This document shows positions 1 to 10,600 of a stretch of DNA of 64,000 bases, in pieces (the stretch's first letter is position 1; every line of letters starts with the position of its first letter). The translations under genes and the position numbers were made by a program. The stretch is from a virus. The DNA lies in IMG/VR virus record IMGVR_UViG_3300028800_000009, positions 8,122 through 72,121 of that record. The stretch is one strand, 5' to 3'. The notes below the pieces were generated by a model, which was given only the letters and a program-made list of their open reading frames with translations, was not told the origin of the DNA and ran no database searches.

Positions 1-2
1 GC

Positions 3-695
3 GAGACCAAAATATCTTTTGGTGTTACCCTTAAGCGTATTCGCGCCCTCATCGAAATTAAATTATGGGGCGTCGCTAAGGGCGATCTCGGGGGATGGAT
101 CGAGAAAGAAGAAAATTTAGCCCGGGTCCACGGCGACGCCTGGGTCTCAGGCAATGCCCGGGTCTACGGCGACGCCCGGGTCTACGGCAACGCCCGGGTC
201 TACGGCAACGCCCGGGTCTACGGCGACGCCCGGGTCTCCGGCGACGCCCGGGTCTACGGCAACGCCTGGGTCTCCGGCAACGCCTGCGTCTCCGGCAACG
301 CCTGGGTCTACGGCGACGCCCGGGTCTCCGGCAACGCCTGCGTCTCCGACGACGCCCGGGTCTCCGACGACGCCTGGGTCTACGGCGACGCCTGGGTCTC
401 CGACGACGCCCGGGTCTACGGCGACGCCCGGGTCTACGGCAATGCCTGGGTCTCCGGCGACGCCCTGGTCTCTAAACCCATTATCGTTGCTTCTCGTTCC
501 GACGGTTATACTTTTCTTTGCGCGCCGCGAGAAAAGAAGCCTCCAGTTATTATTGCAGGATGCCGATATTTTACTTTTGGTGAAGCCCGAGAACACTGGG
601 AAAAGACACGAGGTGGTACGCCTCTAGGCGATGAATCTTTAGCTCTCGTCGATCATTTGGAAAGAATGGCAAAAATTCAAGGGTGGGTAGAATGA
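3..695 (+). CDS. Hexapeptide-repeat (left-handed beta-helix-like) phage protein, 5' truncated by window edge
   Basis: Frame 3, absent from the ORF track, reads ETKISFGVTLKRIRAL...KGDLGGWIEKEENL then (A[RWC]V[YS]G[DN])n and ends at TGA 693-695, overlapping the next ATG. Confidence 0.85.
   Translation, partial: ETKISFGVTLKRIRALIEIKLWGVAKGDLGGWIEKEENLARVHGDAWVSGNARVYGDARVYGNARVYGNARVYGDARVSGDARVYGNAWVSGNACVSGNAWVYGDARVSGNACVSDDARVSDDAWVYGDAWVSDDARVYGDARVYGNAWVSGDALVSKPIIVASRSDGYTFLCAPREKKPPVIIAGCRYFTFGEAREHWEKTRGGTPLGDESLALVDHLERMAKIQGWVE
130..470 (+). repeat. Coding 18-bp tandem repeat (GGC[G/A]ACGCC[C/T]GGGTCT[A/C]C)n
   Basis: About 19 imperfect 18-nt units, visible directly; they encode the hexapeptide repeats. 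Confidence 0.9.
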
Positions 696-1237
696 CCGAC
701 GACATCGAATCTGCCCCCGATCCATCGAACGACGACCTCGCCGAAGTCTCGCGTCTCGCTAAGCGCGTCCTGGAGCTATCCTCTACAATCGATGCGGCAC
801 AAGCCGAACTCGACGATATCGAGACGAAGGTCCTACCGGAGCTTATGGCTCTGGTAGGACTCGCCGAGTTCCGCCTCGATAGCGGCGAGATCGTGAAGCG
901 TGGGACCGTCGTCCGGGCGTCGATACCCGAAGAGCATCGCTACGAGGCCCACGCACGGCTCGCGGCGATGGGCCATGGCGATTTGGTCAAGCATGTTATC
1001 TCGCTCCAGTTCGGGAAGGGGGAGTCGCAGCAGGCGACGCGCGCCTATGACCTTCTTCGCCAAGAGTTCCCGGACCTTCCGATTGGGGATAAGGAGTCGG
1101 TTCACTCGGGCTCGCTCACGGCGCTGGTAAAGGAACTTCTCTCAAAAGGTCAAGACGTTCCGCTTGACCTTTTTGGCGTCTTCATCCGCCACGGTGTCAC
1201 GATCAAGGCGGCGCGGCGAAAGAAGGAGGAATTATGA
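692..1237 (+). CDS. Conserved phage replication-module hypothetical protein
   Basis: ATGA overlap with the upstream stop; LPELMALVG...VHSGSLTALVKE pattern seen in phage proteins near SSB genes. Confidence 0.65.
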   Translation: MTDDIESAPDPSNDDLAEVSRLAKRVLELSSTIDAAQAELDDIETKVLPELMALVGLAEFRLDSGEIVKRGTVVRASIPEEHRYEAHARLAAMGHGDLVKHVISLQFGKGESQQATRAYDLLRQEFPDLPIGDKESVHSGSLTALVKELLSKGQDVPLDLFGVFIRHGVTIKAARRKKEEL

Positions 1238-2553
1238 AAATCGTCAAGTTCCAGGCCGAGCACTTCAAACGGCTCAAGGTCGTCGAAATCTCCCCCAGCG
1301 GCGATATGATTACGCTCGCCGGCAAGAATGGATCAGGGAAGTCCTCCGTCCTCGACGCGATCTACGCAGCCCTCGGCGGCCGGGACGCCGCGCCCGAGGT
1401 CGCAATCGCGCGCGGCGAGGAGAGCGCCCGTATCCGCCTCGACCTCGGCGAACTCGTCGTAACGCGAAAGTTCACCGCGAGGGATACCTCAGTCGTCGTC
1501 GAGGCGGCTAACGGCGCGCGTTTCCCGTCGCCCCAGCGGATGCTCGACGACTTAATCGGCGCTATCGCCTTCGACCCGCTTCGGTTCGTAAGGCTGAAGC
1601 CGAAGGAGCAGATGGATGAGCTTAGGAAACTCGTCGCCTTCGACGTCGACCTCGACGACCTCGTCCGCCTGAACGCCGCCGATTACGAGGTGCGGCGGGA
1701 GATAAATCGGAGGGCGGCGAGTCTCAGGGCGCAGGGAAGCGCAATCATCGTGCCGGACGATTGCGCTTCCGATCCGGTCGACGCGAAGGAGATACTCGAC
1801 CGCCTCACGTCGGCGGGAGACGCGAACGGGAAGCTGGACTATGAGAGGCGTCGGCGCCGGAAACGTGCCGACGACGTCGAGTCGCTCCGAGTCTCGGCCC
1901 GTCTCAAACGCGAGCGGGCGGCGGAACTCAGGCTCGCGGCCGAGGCCCTCGACGGTTCAGCGCGGAAAGCCGACGACGACGCGATCGCGATAACCGCCGA
2001 ACTCGATGGCCTCGCGCCCGTCCCCGATCCGGTCGATGCAGCGGCGATACGGGCGGAATTGGCCGCTGCGGAGGTGATAAATTCCGCCGTCGCGCGACGC
2101 GCCGAGAAGCTCCAGCTCGAAGGAGCCGCGGCGGCCGAGGAGGTGAAGGCGGCAATCATCACAGAGACGATAGCGGGGCGCGAGAAGGAGCGCACCGAGG
2201 CCCTGGCTGCGGCTAAGTTTCCGATCGAGGGGTTAGCATTAGGGAAAGAGGAAGTTCTCTATCGCGAACTCCCTCTTTCCCTCGCCTCCTCCGGCGAGCA
2301 GATACGGGTATCGATGGCCATTGCGATGGCGATGAACCCGACCCTCCGGGTCATATCCATTCGGGAGGGATCGTTCTTAGACCAAGAAGGTCTAAGAACG
2401 ATCGCCGAGATGGCGCGGGAGAAGGGTTATCAGGTCTGGGTCGAAGACAACCGGTCGACCGACCCTATGGCGATCGTGATGGAAGACGGGAGCGTCTCGG
2501 AGTGCCCCGGCCACGTCGCGTCGGAGGCGGACCCGACCCGACGAGCCCGCTAA
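1234..2553 (+). CDS. SMC/Rad50-like AAA ATPase
   Basis: N-terminal Walker A GKNGSGKSS, central coiled coil, C-terminal ASSGE signature-like motif. Confidence 0.8.
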   Translation: MKIVKFQAEHFKRLKVVEISPSGDMITLAGKNGSGKSSVLDAIYAALGGRDAAPEVAIARGEESARIRLDLGELVVTRKFTARDTSVVVEAANGARFPSPQRMLDDLIGAIAFDPLRFVRLKPKEQMDELRKLVAFDVDLDDLVRLNAADYEVRREINRRAASLRAQGSAIIVPDDCASDPVDAKEILDRLTSAGDANGKLDYERRRRRKRADDVESLRVSARLKRERAAELRLAAEALDGSARKADDDAIAITAELDGLAPVPDPVDAAAIRAELAAAEVINSAVARRAEKLQLEGAAAAEEVKAAIITETIAGREKERTEALAAAKFPIEGLALGKEEVLYRELPLSLASSGEQIRVSMAIAMAMNPTLRVISIREGSFLDQEGLRTIAEMAREKGYQVWVEDNRSTDPMAIVMEDGSVSECPGHVASEADPTRRAR

Positions 2554-2575
2554 TTCCCCCCTAGCGGGTTAACTA

Positions 2576-2611
2576 CCGGGGCGCGTTCCCCCGAGCGCGC
2601 CCCGGCTTTTT
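2576..2611 (+). terminator. Rho-independent terminator
   Basis: CCGGGGCGCG...CGCGCCCCGG stem followed by CTTTTT. Confidence 0.75.
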
Positions 2612-2623
2612 CGAGAGGATATT

Positions 2624-2929
2624 ATGGCTATGAAGAAGAAGATTAACTGGAAAGCGCGGGCGCTTGAATCGGAGCAGGACCACGATATTATCCGCTTCGA
2701 GTTCGAGCGCCCGATCCCGATAATCCTCTTCTGCCCGATGTGCGGACTTCGCCATATCGACGTCGGCGAGTTCTCGGAGAAGCCCCACCATACCCATGCC
2801 TGTCAGGGCTGTGGCTTCGTCTGGCGGCCATCGACGCGCTTCACGGTCGGGGTCCAGTTCCTCCCCGATTTCAAGGACGACCCCGAGGCGATTAAGCGTT
2901 GGGAGAAAGCTCAAAAGGTGCCGTTGTGA
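2624..2929 (+). CDS. Hypothetical Zn-binding protein
   Basis: RBS GAGG; CPMC...HID...HHTHACQGC motif. Confidence 0.65.
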   Translation: MAMKKKINWKARALESEQDHDIIRFEFERPIPIILFCPMCGLRHIDVGEFSEKPHHTHACQGCGFVWRPSTRFTVGVQFLPDFKDDPEAIKRWEKAQKVPL

Positions 2930-3516
2930 ACCACATCATGATAGACCTGGAGACCCTCGGCGTCGGAACCTTCCCCGCACTCCTCTCGATTGGCGCGGTC
3001 GTCTTCGATCCGGAGAGCGGGGTATTACCTCCGACTCCTAATCTTGAAGCATCTGCGAGCAGTTGGATGATGCGCTTAATCAGCGTCGAGAGTTGCCTTC
3101 GCCTCGGCGCTACGGTTTCCGATTCGACACTCGCCTGCTGGGCTTCCCCCGAACTCGACGCCGCCCGCCCGGGGACGTTCGGGGGAACTTATCCCATAAA
3201 AGACGCGATCAATGACTTAAATATATTCGTATGCCATTACGGCGCGCAGCGGGTATGGTTCCACGGTTTGACTTTCGACGTCGCTATCCTTACGAGGTAC
3301 GCCGAGCTTGTCGGTTTATCCTGGCAGTTCGACTATCGCGCCGGCCGCGACACGCGGACGCTCTTCGACCTCGCGCCGGAAGTCGTCCGTGAAGCGTTCG
3401 CGGATAAGCCGTCCGAGTTTATTAAGCACAACGCGGTCTGGGACGCGTGGCTCCAAGCGAAAGCCGTTTGCAAAGTCTACGCTGAACTGAGGAATTGTCA
3501 GTGGTTCGCGGGCTAA
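2926..3516 (+). CDS. DEDD-family 3'-5' exonuclease
   Basis: HIMIDLETLG, FDVAIL, RDTRT and HNAVWDA motifs; GTG start overlapping the upstream TGA. Confidence 0.85.
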   Translation: MNHIMIDLETLGVGTFPALLSIGAVVFDPESGVLPPTPNLEASASSWMMRLISVESCLRLGATVSDSTLACWASPELDAARPGTFGGTYPIKDAINDLNIFVCHYGAQRVWFHGLTFDVAILTRYAELVGLSWQFDYRAGRDTRTLFDLAPEVVREAFADKPSEFIKHNAVWDAWLQAKAVCKVYAELRNCQWFAG

Positions 3517-3611
3517 AGCTCCGATCTTCCTCTATCCCGGCGGCCGACCGCCGCTGGCATGCCGCTCGCCGGGAGCGGCTTACATCCCCCGGCTGCCAAG
3601 AAGGAGTAATC

Positions 3612-4517
3612 ATGACTGAGAAGAAGCACCAGGACACCGAAGCAAAGAACCTGCCGGAAGAGATACCGCCAAAGCGCGAAGAGAATCGCGCTTTGGCCGT
3701 CGTCGATTACGGCGATCAGGCCGGCGCCGGCGCCGAGGGGATGAGCCAGGACGACTACAAGATTCCGCTGTTGCGAATCCTCCAGACCAATTCGCCCCAG
3801 GTCGACGGCGAGAAGAAGATCGAGGGGGCGGTTGCGGGGATGATCTTCAATACGGCGACCCAGGAGTTTTGGGACGTGACGAAACAAAAATTAATTTTCG
3901 TTCCGTCACAACGAGACCGGAACTTCGTCGAGTATATCCCGCGCGAGCCGTGGGGCGGCGGTTTCGTCGGAACGCGGAAGCCGGACGATCCGCTCGTCCT
4001 TAAGCTTCTCAAAGAGCAGGGGAAGTTCGGGAAGCTGAAGTATGCCGAAGGGACGACACTCGCGACGACCGGCCAGCAGGTCCCGACCGAGATCAGCGAT
4101 ACGTTCTACCTCTACGGTATCGTTGTGACGCCGTACGGGGTCCCCCAGCGCGCGGTCATCCCGTTTACCTCGACCCAAATCCCGAAATACCAGGCATGGG
4201 CCGCGGTCTACGATAACACGCGCTACCCCGGGAAGAACCGCTCGCTCATCCTCCCCCCGGTGTGGTGCCACCGCTACGCGCTCGGGACCCGCGCCGAATC
4301 GAACAAGAAGGGGCGTTTCTACGGCTGGACGCTCGGCTTCGAGAAGAGCCCGTCGATCGAGAGCCGGATCGATGCGCGGGAAGGCCATCCCGAGTTCGAC
4401 CCGCTGGCGAAGATGGCGTCGGAGTTTTACGATATGATCAAGCGGGGCGCGGCGAAGATCGACCGCGATGCCGAGCAGGCCGCCGGCGTCGAGAAGGACG
4501 AAGAAGTTCCGTTCTAG
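3612..4517 (+). CDS. Single-stranded DNA-binding protein (putative)
   Basis: RBS AAGGAG; IPLLRILQ..SPQ motif; acidic C-terminal tail EKDEEVPF. Confidence 0.7.
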   Translation: MTEKKHQDTEAKNLPEEIPPKREENRALAVVDYGDQAGAGAEGMSQDDYKIPLLRILQTNSPQVDGEKKIEGAVAGMIFNTATQEFWDVTKQKLIFVPSQRDRNFVEYIPREPWGGGFVGTRKPDDPLVLKLLKEQGKFGKLKYAEGTTLATTGQQVPTEISDTFYLYGIVVTPYGVPQRAVIPFTSTQIPKYQAWAAVYDNTRYPGKNRSLILPPVWCHRYALGTRAESNKKGRFYGWTLGFEKSPSIESRIDAREGHPEFDPLAKMASEFYDMIKRGAAKIDRDAEQAAGVEKDEEVPF

Positions 4518-4703
4518 ATGAAGCTTGTTCGATCCAACGGTAGTGAGCTTACGGTAAGGGATACGGGGCCGGTCGTTTTCCGGCTCCGTGCCTCGCCGGG
4601 CGCCCCGTTACCGTTGTTGGATGAAGTTATGGAAGAGGAGGAAGCCAGGATCATCCTTCGAACGCTCCTGGCTTCCCGCCGCTACGAAGGGGGTAAGGTA
4701 TGA
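4518..4703 (+). CDS. Hypothetical protein
   Basis: Abuts both neighbouring genes. Confidence 0.5.
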   Translation: MKLVRSNGSELTVRDTGPVVFRLRASPGAPLPLLDEVMEEEEARIILRTLLASRRYEGGKV

Positions 4704-5191
4704 CGATACTCTGCGACCGCGACTTGCTCGAACTCATGAGGGATGGCCTCATTTCCCCATTCGACCCGGAGATGATCAATCCGGCGAGCATTGATATCCG
4801 GGTTGGTCGAACGGCGATCGTCGAGGGCAATGACGGCCTTAACGTCCCACTGACGCTAGGCGAGTACGGCCTCCTCGTCGCCCCTGGGGAGACGGTCCTG
4901 ATCTCGACGATGGAGACCTTCGATATCCCGAACGGGTATGCGATGGACCTGCGCCTCAAGTCATCGATCGCTCGGCGGGGGTGGAACCACGCCCTCGCGT
5001 TCTGGGTTGATCCCGGGTGGCGTGGGGTACTTACGATGGAGGTGACGAATAAACTCCGCTACAACCACCTGATCCTGACGCCGGGCGAGCGTTTCGCCCA
5101 GGTGATCGTCCACGAGCTATCGGCGCCATCGGCCCGGCCATACGCCGGGAAATATAAGGATTCCAACGCAGTATCGGGAGAACGGAAATGA
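4700..5191 (+). CDS. dcd: dCTP deaminase
   Basis: INPASIDIRVG, KSSIARRG, VDPGWRGVLTME motifs. Confidence 0.9.
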   Translation: MTILCDRDLLELMRDGLISPFDPEMINPASIDIRVGRTAIVEGNDGLNVPLTLGEYGLLVAPGETVLISTMETFDIPNGYAMDLRLKSSIARRGWNHALAFWVDPGWRGVLTMEVTNKLRYNHLILTPGERFAQVIVHELSAPSARPYAGKYKDSNAVSGERK

Positions 5192-5343
5192 GCGAAAGAT
5201 ACAAGATCGAACGCGAGAACGGCGATCGGCCGAGCCTTTCCTGCTACGAGATTGTCGATACCGTCGAAGGCCGGGTATTGGCAACCCGGCTCCTCTACCG
5301 CGATGCTGAAAAGATTGCGATGACCCTCAACAAATCACTTTAA
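5188..5343 (+). CDS. Small hypothetical protein (51 aa)
   Basis: MSERYKIERENG...NKSL, ATGA-coupled to dcd; not in the ORF track. Confidence 0.55.
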   Translation: MSERYKIERENGDRPSLSCYEIVDTVEGRVLATRLLYRDAEKIAMTLNKSL

Positions 5344-5404
5344 CTCCGCCGAGGGATAGGTTATATAGGTTGGACTGTTTCGGACCCAACCGGGAGAATC
5401 AAGC
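5339..5404 (+). promoter_or_regulatory. Sigma70-like promoter plus conserved leader (copy 1)
   Basis: TTTAAC-17-TATATA followed by GACCCAACCGGGAGAATC. Confidence 0.6.
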
Positions 5405-6055
5405 ATGAATCAGATCACCAAGTTTTTCGTCGTCGACTACCGTCTATTGAACGATATCAAGATCGCTGAATATCCAACCGAGGAGGAAGCTCGCACGAAC
5501 TGCCCGTCCGAGGGCGGCGCGAGCGTCGTTACCTCCGAGGAAGCGCTCCGCGCCTTCGACGGACCAATCCTCGTCGCGGTGTACAACCGTATCCGCCGCG
5601 GCGCCATGATCAAACGGTTCGAGAGCAAGGAAGCCGGCGTCCGCCGTGTCTGGGTTCTTTTGGAGAACTACGACCCGGCGCTGATCAATCCCTCGGCTTC
5701 GCCCGAGGTTCCCAAAACCGAACCGACGACGGGCGAAGCCGCCGGCGACAAAGAGGAGGCCGATATGGCCGCAAAGACGAAGTCCAAACGCAAGTCCGCC
5801 GGCCGCGGCGTCAAGAAAACGAGCGCGCGCGCGCGTTCGTCCGATACGAAGCGCGCGCGTATCTCCGACGACGCGAAGATCACGGTCCTCGCGGCCGAAA
5901 ACCCGAAGAAGCCCGGCTCGGAGGCTTTCAAACGCTTCGAGAAATACCGGACCGGCTCGAAGGTCTCGACGACGCTCGCGAACGGCGTCACGCGCGCCGA
6001 TCTGTCGTGGGACCGCGCCCACGGCTTCATTGCGATCGAGAACCCGAAGGAATAA
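5405..6055 (+). CDS. Basic, putative DNA-binding protein
   Basis: K/R-rich linker and C-terminal ENPKKPGSEAFKRFEKY...DLSWD domain. Confidence 0.6.
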   Translation: MNQITKFFVVDYRLLNDIKIAEYPTEEEARTNCPSEGGASVVTSEEALRAFDGPILVAVYNRIRRGAMIKRFESKEAGVRRVWVLLENYDPALINPSASPEVPKTEPTTGEAAGDKEEADMAAKTKSKRKSAGRGVKKTSARARSSDTKRARISDDAKITVLAAENPKKPGSEAFKRFEKYRTGSKVSTTLANGVTRADLSWDRAHGFIAIENPKE

Positions 6056-6076
6056 TACCTCCGGGGAGGGTAGGAT

Positions 6077-7027
6077 ATGGGCCTTAAATCCGCGGTAGCG
6101 TTCTTCAAAGGGATACCTGACCGGACGAGGGATATCTATTCCTTTGACGAGGGTTGGATGTATACCTCGGCCCTCTCCCTCGACGCGGCCTACCCGGTCC
6201 CCCATATGCTCGGGAAGTTTGGCCTTACCGCTTCCGACCTCGACGCCGCCGTAACCCGGTTCGCCGGGGAGCCGCGGGTCGAGGCCGGTGACGGGACACT
6301 CGTCCTCAAATCCGGGCGACTGAAGAGTTCCATCGACCTCGTCGACGTCGACGAGCCGAGTCAGGCGCTCCATAAAACCGTGCCGAACCCGGACGCGATA
6401 CCGGAGAACCTCCTCGAAGCGATCGAGAGGGTCCTACCGTTCGCTGCTAGCGACGGGACGTGGCAGAAGTCGGTCGAGCTATCGAAGGGGAAGGTCCGGG
6501 CGATTGATTCCTATCACGGCGCCTCGGCGGAGGTCCCCGGGCTCGACCTCGGCGATCCTCTCCCGTTGCCCGCGGATACCCTCAAATTCATCGTATCGCG
6601 GGAGGCGCCGATCGGGATCAAGCGGCTCCCCTCGGCGCTCGCTATCTTCTGGGCCTCCGGAGCGTGGGTCCTGCTTAGGCTCTCGACCCAGGCGTGGCCT
6701 TCGCTGGCGGACAGTATCTTCGCCAAGGCGAAGGATGCGGAGACGCCGGTCGCCTTTACCGACGAATGGCGCGAGGCGTTCGTCGACGTCGCCGCCCTCG
6801 GGGACGGATATATCGACCTCGCCCCGGACGGCCTGACCGCGAAGACGGCTCACGCCGAGGCTCGCGCGGAGCTACCGACAGGCGCGGCCGGTAGCTCGCG
6901 CTGGCGGCGGGCGAACCTCGCCGACGTAATGAAAGTCGCCACCCACTGGGATCCCGACGCTCCGGCCCCGGCCCCGTTCCGCGGCGATGGGATCGTCGGT
7001 ATCGTCGCGGGCGTGAGGACGAAGTAA
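6077..7027 (+). CDS. Sliding clamp (DnaN beta)-like protein
   Basis: Size, position before the polymerase, and LLEAIERVLPFA-type segment; inferred. Confidence 0.5.
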   Translation: MGLKSAVAFFKGIPDRTRDIYSFDEGWMYTSALSLDAAYPVPHMLGKFGLTASDLDAAVTRFAGEPRVEAGDGTLVLKSGRLKSSIDLVDVDEPSQALHKTVPNPDAIPENLLEAIERVLPFAASDGTWQKSVELSKGKVRAIDSYHGASAEVPGLDLGDPLPLPADTLKFIVSREAPIGIKRLPSALAIFWASGAWVLLRLSTQAWPSLADSIFAKAKDAETPVAFTDEWREAFVDVAALGDGYIDLAPDGLTAKTAHAEARAELPTGAAGSSRWRRANLADVMKVATHWDPDAPAPAPFRGDGIVGIVAGVRTK

Positions 7028-7028
7028 A

Positions 7029-7610
7029 GTGGGGAACCGTATATCGGCGCTCCTTCACACCCATTCTATCGCGCCGGATAAGGCTAACCGTCATCCATCC
7101 GATTTTTATCGCACGCCACCTATCGGAACCGAGCGCTTACTCGATTACGAACAGTTACGCGGCACGGTATGGGAACCGGCGTGCGGCGACGGGGCGATCA
7201 GCGAAGTCCTAAAGGCCCGCGGGATTAAAGTTATCTCGACTGACCTCTATAATCGCGGCTATGGCCGGTCCGGGGTAGACTTCCTTACGGCCAAACCGCC
7301 GAAAGACTTCGCCCATATCCTTACGAACCCACCTTTCAAACTGATCGAGCCGTTCGTCGCGCGAGCCCTAGAAGTAACGCCGCGGAAGGTAATTATCCTC
7401 GCGCGTCTACTCTGGTTAGAAGGGAAGACGCGCCGGAAGTTCTTCTTAAAGGCGCCATTAAAGCGTATTTGGGTCTCATCCTCCCGCCTGAACGTCTCGC
7501 GCGGCGGTAAGGACTACGGCGACGGAGGGGAGGGCGGAATGGTTGCCTTCGCCTGGTACGTCTTCGAGCGCGGATATAAAGGGAAACCAGAGCTAGGATG
7601 GCTACCATGA
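7029..7610 (+). CDS. DNA amino-methyltransferase (N6A/N4C)
   Basis: DFYRTP, WEPACGDG (SAM binding), TNPPF catalytic motif. Confidence 0.85.
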   Translation: MGNRISALLHTHSIAPDKANRHPSDFYRTPPIGTERLLDYEQLRGTVWEPACGDGAISEVLKARGIKVISTDLYNRGYGRSGVDFLTAKPPKDFAHILTNPPFKLIEPFVARALEVTPRKVIILARLLWLEGKTRRKFFLKAPLKRIWVSSSRLNVSRGGKDYGDGGEGGMVAFAWYVFERGYKGKPELGWLP

Positions 7611-7617
7611 GGAAACG

Positions 7618-10600
7618 ATGCCAGGCATAAAGTTCGGCGGCGCGAAAGCCAAGAAGAAGGTGAAAGAAGACGGCGACCTACTTTCTCTCGCTTCGGGGAA
7701 AGATGAGGGTCTTCTTCTTTCCCCCTCCGACTCCTGGTCCGAGGTCTGGAAAGGGATGCCAACCTACGAGATGGGGTCGACCGAAGCCTTCCGAAAGGTA
7801 ACGATCCATCTCCGCGATCCTGGAGAGTTAGAGGACCTCTCCAGGATGCTCGGGATCGATTTAACCGACCGGACCTCGACCGTCTATCTCTCCCGCGACG
7901 AGGACTACGTCGCGCCGAAGGAGCTAATCTACGAGAGCGACGATCCGAGGCCGCCGCGCTACCCGGTCTACGTCATCTCCAAGGGGCGTTGGGATACGCC
8001 GCTAACGGCCGAGGCCCTCCGCGCGATCGGCGTTCCACATAAGGTCGTCATCGAACCTTCCGAGGCCTCCCGGTACGAGGAGGCGCTGGGTAAGGAGCGT
8101 CTTCTCGTCGCCCCGGAAGACTTCTCGAAACGCGGCGAGGGCGGTATCCCCGTCCGTAACTTTGTTTGGGAGACGGCCGTCGCGAGCGGAGCGAAGCGGC
8201 ATTGGATCCTGGACGATAACATTCACGGGTTTCTACGATTGAACAGGAATCGGAGAATCCCCGTGTCGGGGCCGTCGATTTTCCGCGCAGCCGAAGACTT
8301 CTCCGACCGCTACGAGAACGTCGCGCTGTCGGGCTTCAACTATATGTACCTAGCGCGGGACAATCAAGAGCTACCGCCTTTCTGTTTGAACACGCGTATC
8401 TACTCGATGATCCTGATCAATCACGATCTGGATCTCCCGGAGCGTTGGCGGGGTCGGTATAACGAGGATACGGACCTTTCCTTACGCGCCCTCAAGGCCG
8501 GATGGGCGACTGTGCTCTTTAACGCGTTCCTCGGGGATAAGGCGCCGACCCTGACGATGAAGGGCGGCAACGCGGAGATATACGCCGACAGCGATCGTCG
8601 GCGCGAGTTCGCGGAGAGCCTTAAGGCCCAGCACCCGGACGTCGTCGAGGTCGTCTGGCGCTACGAACGCTGGCACCACGAGGTCAACTATCGGCCTTTC
8701 GCCGGAAACCGGCTGATCCCGAGGAAGGATCAGCCGGTTTCCGCCGGCGAATACGGAATGAGGATCGCGCGCAGCTCCCGGACGGGCCGCTATGTCCCCC
8801 CGCCGCTCGCCCCGGTCGTTATTACGATGGCGCCGAGGAAAGCGGAGGCTCTTCCAAAAGAACCCGTAGAAATAAAAGAAGAGCCTCCGCTTTCCTCGGT
8901 TTCCCTAACCCCACGCTCCTCTAAGCCGGAGAACGCCGCCCCCGTCGTTTTCGCCCCCCGCGCCGCTAAAACGACGATGTTGAGCGCCCCCGAGGCGAAC
9001 CGCTACGTCGACCCCTTCCTTCGCTCTATCGAGCCCCAGCTTAAGGTCTGGGATACCGAGCTATACCCGCCGAAGTTCGACTACGCGACGTGGCCGTGGG
9101 GCGATAAGTCCTTCGTCGTCGCCGACGTCGAGGTATTCGAGAATTTTTTCCTCGTGGCGGTCAAGCGTTTGCAGGATGGCAAACGCTTGACCTTCGAGCT
9201 TAGCGATCGCTCCCCGAAGCTTAATCGGATCGAGCTAGAGACCGTGATGCTGAATAATTGTATCGTCACGTTCAACGGCAATAACTTCGACCTCCCGATC
9301 ATCGGGATGGCGCTGCTCGGCTTCGATAACCGTAAGCTCAAGGAGGCATCGAATCGGATCATTCGCGAGGGGATCAAGTCGTGGGATATTGAACGTGAAT
9401 TCGGGGTTCGACTTCCCAAGTTCAATTCGATCGATCTTATGGAGCCCAACCCGAGCGTACGGATGGGGCTTAAGATGCTCCACGCGCGGCTGAACGGTCG
9501 CTTCATCGTCGATCTTCCGTTCGAGGATGTCGAACTGAGTAGCCGCGAGATGAACGTCGCGACGCTCTACTGCCTTAACGACCTCGACGCGACCGAGGGA
9601 CTCTGTAACGCCCTCCGGGAACCGCTCGACCTTCGTCGCGCCCTCTCGGGCCAGTACGGAATGGACCTGCGCTCGAAGAGTGACGCCCAAGTCGGGGAAG
9701 CGATCGTAAAGAGCCGGGTGGGGATTAGGGGGAACCCGAAAGACGGTATCCCTTCGATACAGTCTTTCGGGTATTCTGTCCCCAGCTTTGTATCCTTCGA
9801 AAGCCCAGCCCTCCGCGAAGTCCTCCGTAGCCTCCGCGAGACGACCTTCCACATCAACGGCTCCGGTCGCGTCGAGACCCCGGATTGGCTTAAGGACCTT
9901 TCTATACCTCTAGGCTCGGCCGCGTATACGATGGGAATAGGCGGTCTTCATTCGACCGAGGGCTCGCGCGCCATTCTCTCGGACGAAGAGAACGTCCTCG
10001 TCGATATCGACGTCTCTAGCCAGTATCCGAGGATCATCCTCAAGCTCGGGCTCTACCCGAAGGCGCTCGGGCCGAAGTTCCTCGACGTTTACCGCGAACT
10101 GACGGACGAGCGCGTCGCCGCGAAAGCGGCCGGCGATAAGACGAAGGCCGATGGCGGTAAAATCGCGCTGAACGGGGTGTACGGCAAGCTCGGATCGTCC
10201 TATTCGATCCTCTACGCCCCGGACCTGATGATCGCGACGACCCTGACCGGCCAGCTCTCGCTCTTGATGTTGATTGAGCGCCTTGAAGCCGCGGGGATAC
10301 CCGTGGCTTCAGGCAACACGGATGGCGTGCTCCCGTTCGTGAAACGATCGAAGCTGAAGGAATTAGCTTCGATCGTTTCGCGATGGGAGGCCGAAACCGG
10401 TTTCGCGATCGAGCGGACGGAGTACGACGCGATCTACAACTCGTCCGTCAATTCTTATATCGCGGTAAAGCCCGGCGGAAAGACCAAGATCAAGGGGCCG
10501 CTCGCTAACCCATGGCGCGAGGGGAATCTCCGCGAGATGCTATCGAAGAACCCCCAGATGACGATCCTCTCGGACGCGCTCGTGGACCTGATCGTAAAAG

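Noticed and set aside
130-470. Tandem repeat as a CRISPR array, or the ORF-track proteins 95-475, 154-627 and 147-596
   Set aside because: The 18-nt units have no unique spacers, and the real gene is the frame-3 hexapeptide-repeat protein. The listed ORFs are shadow frames.
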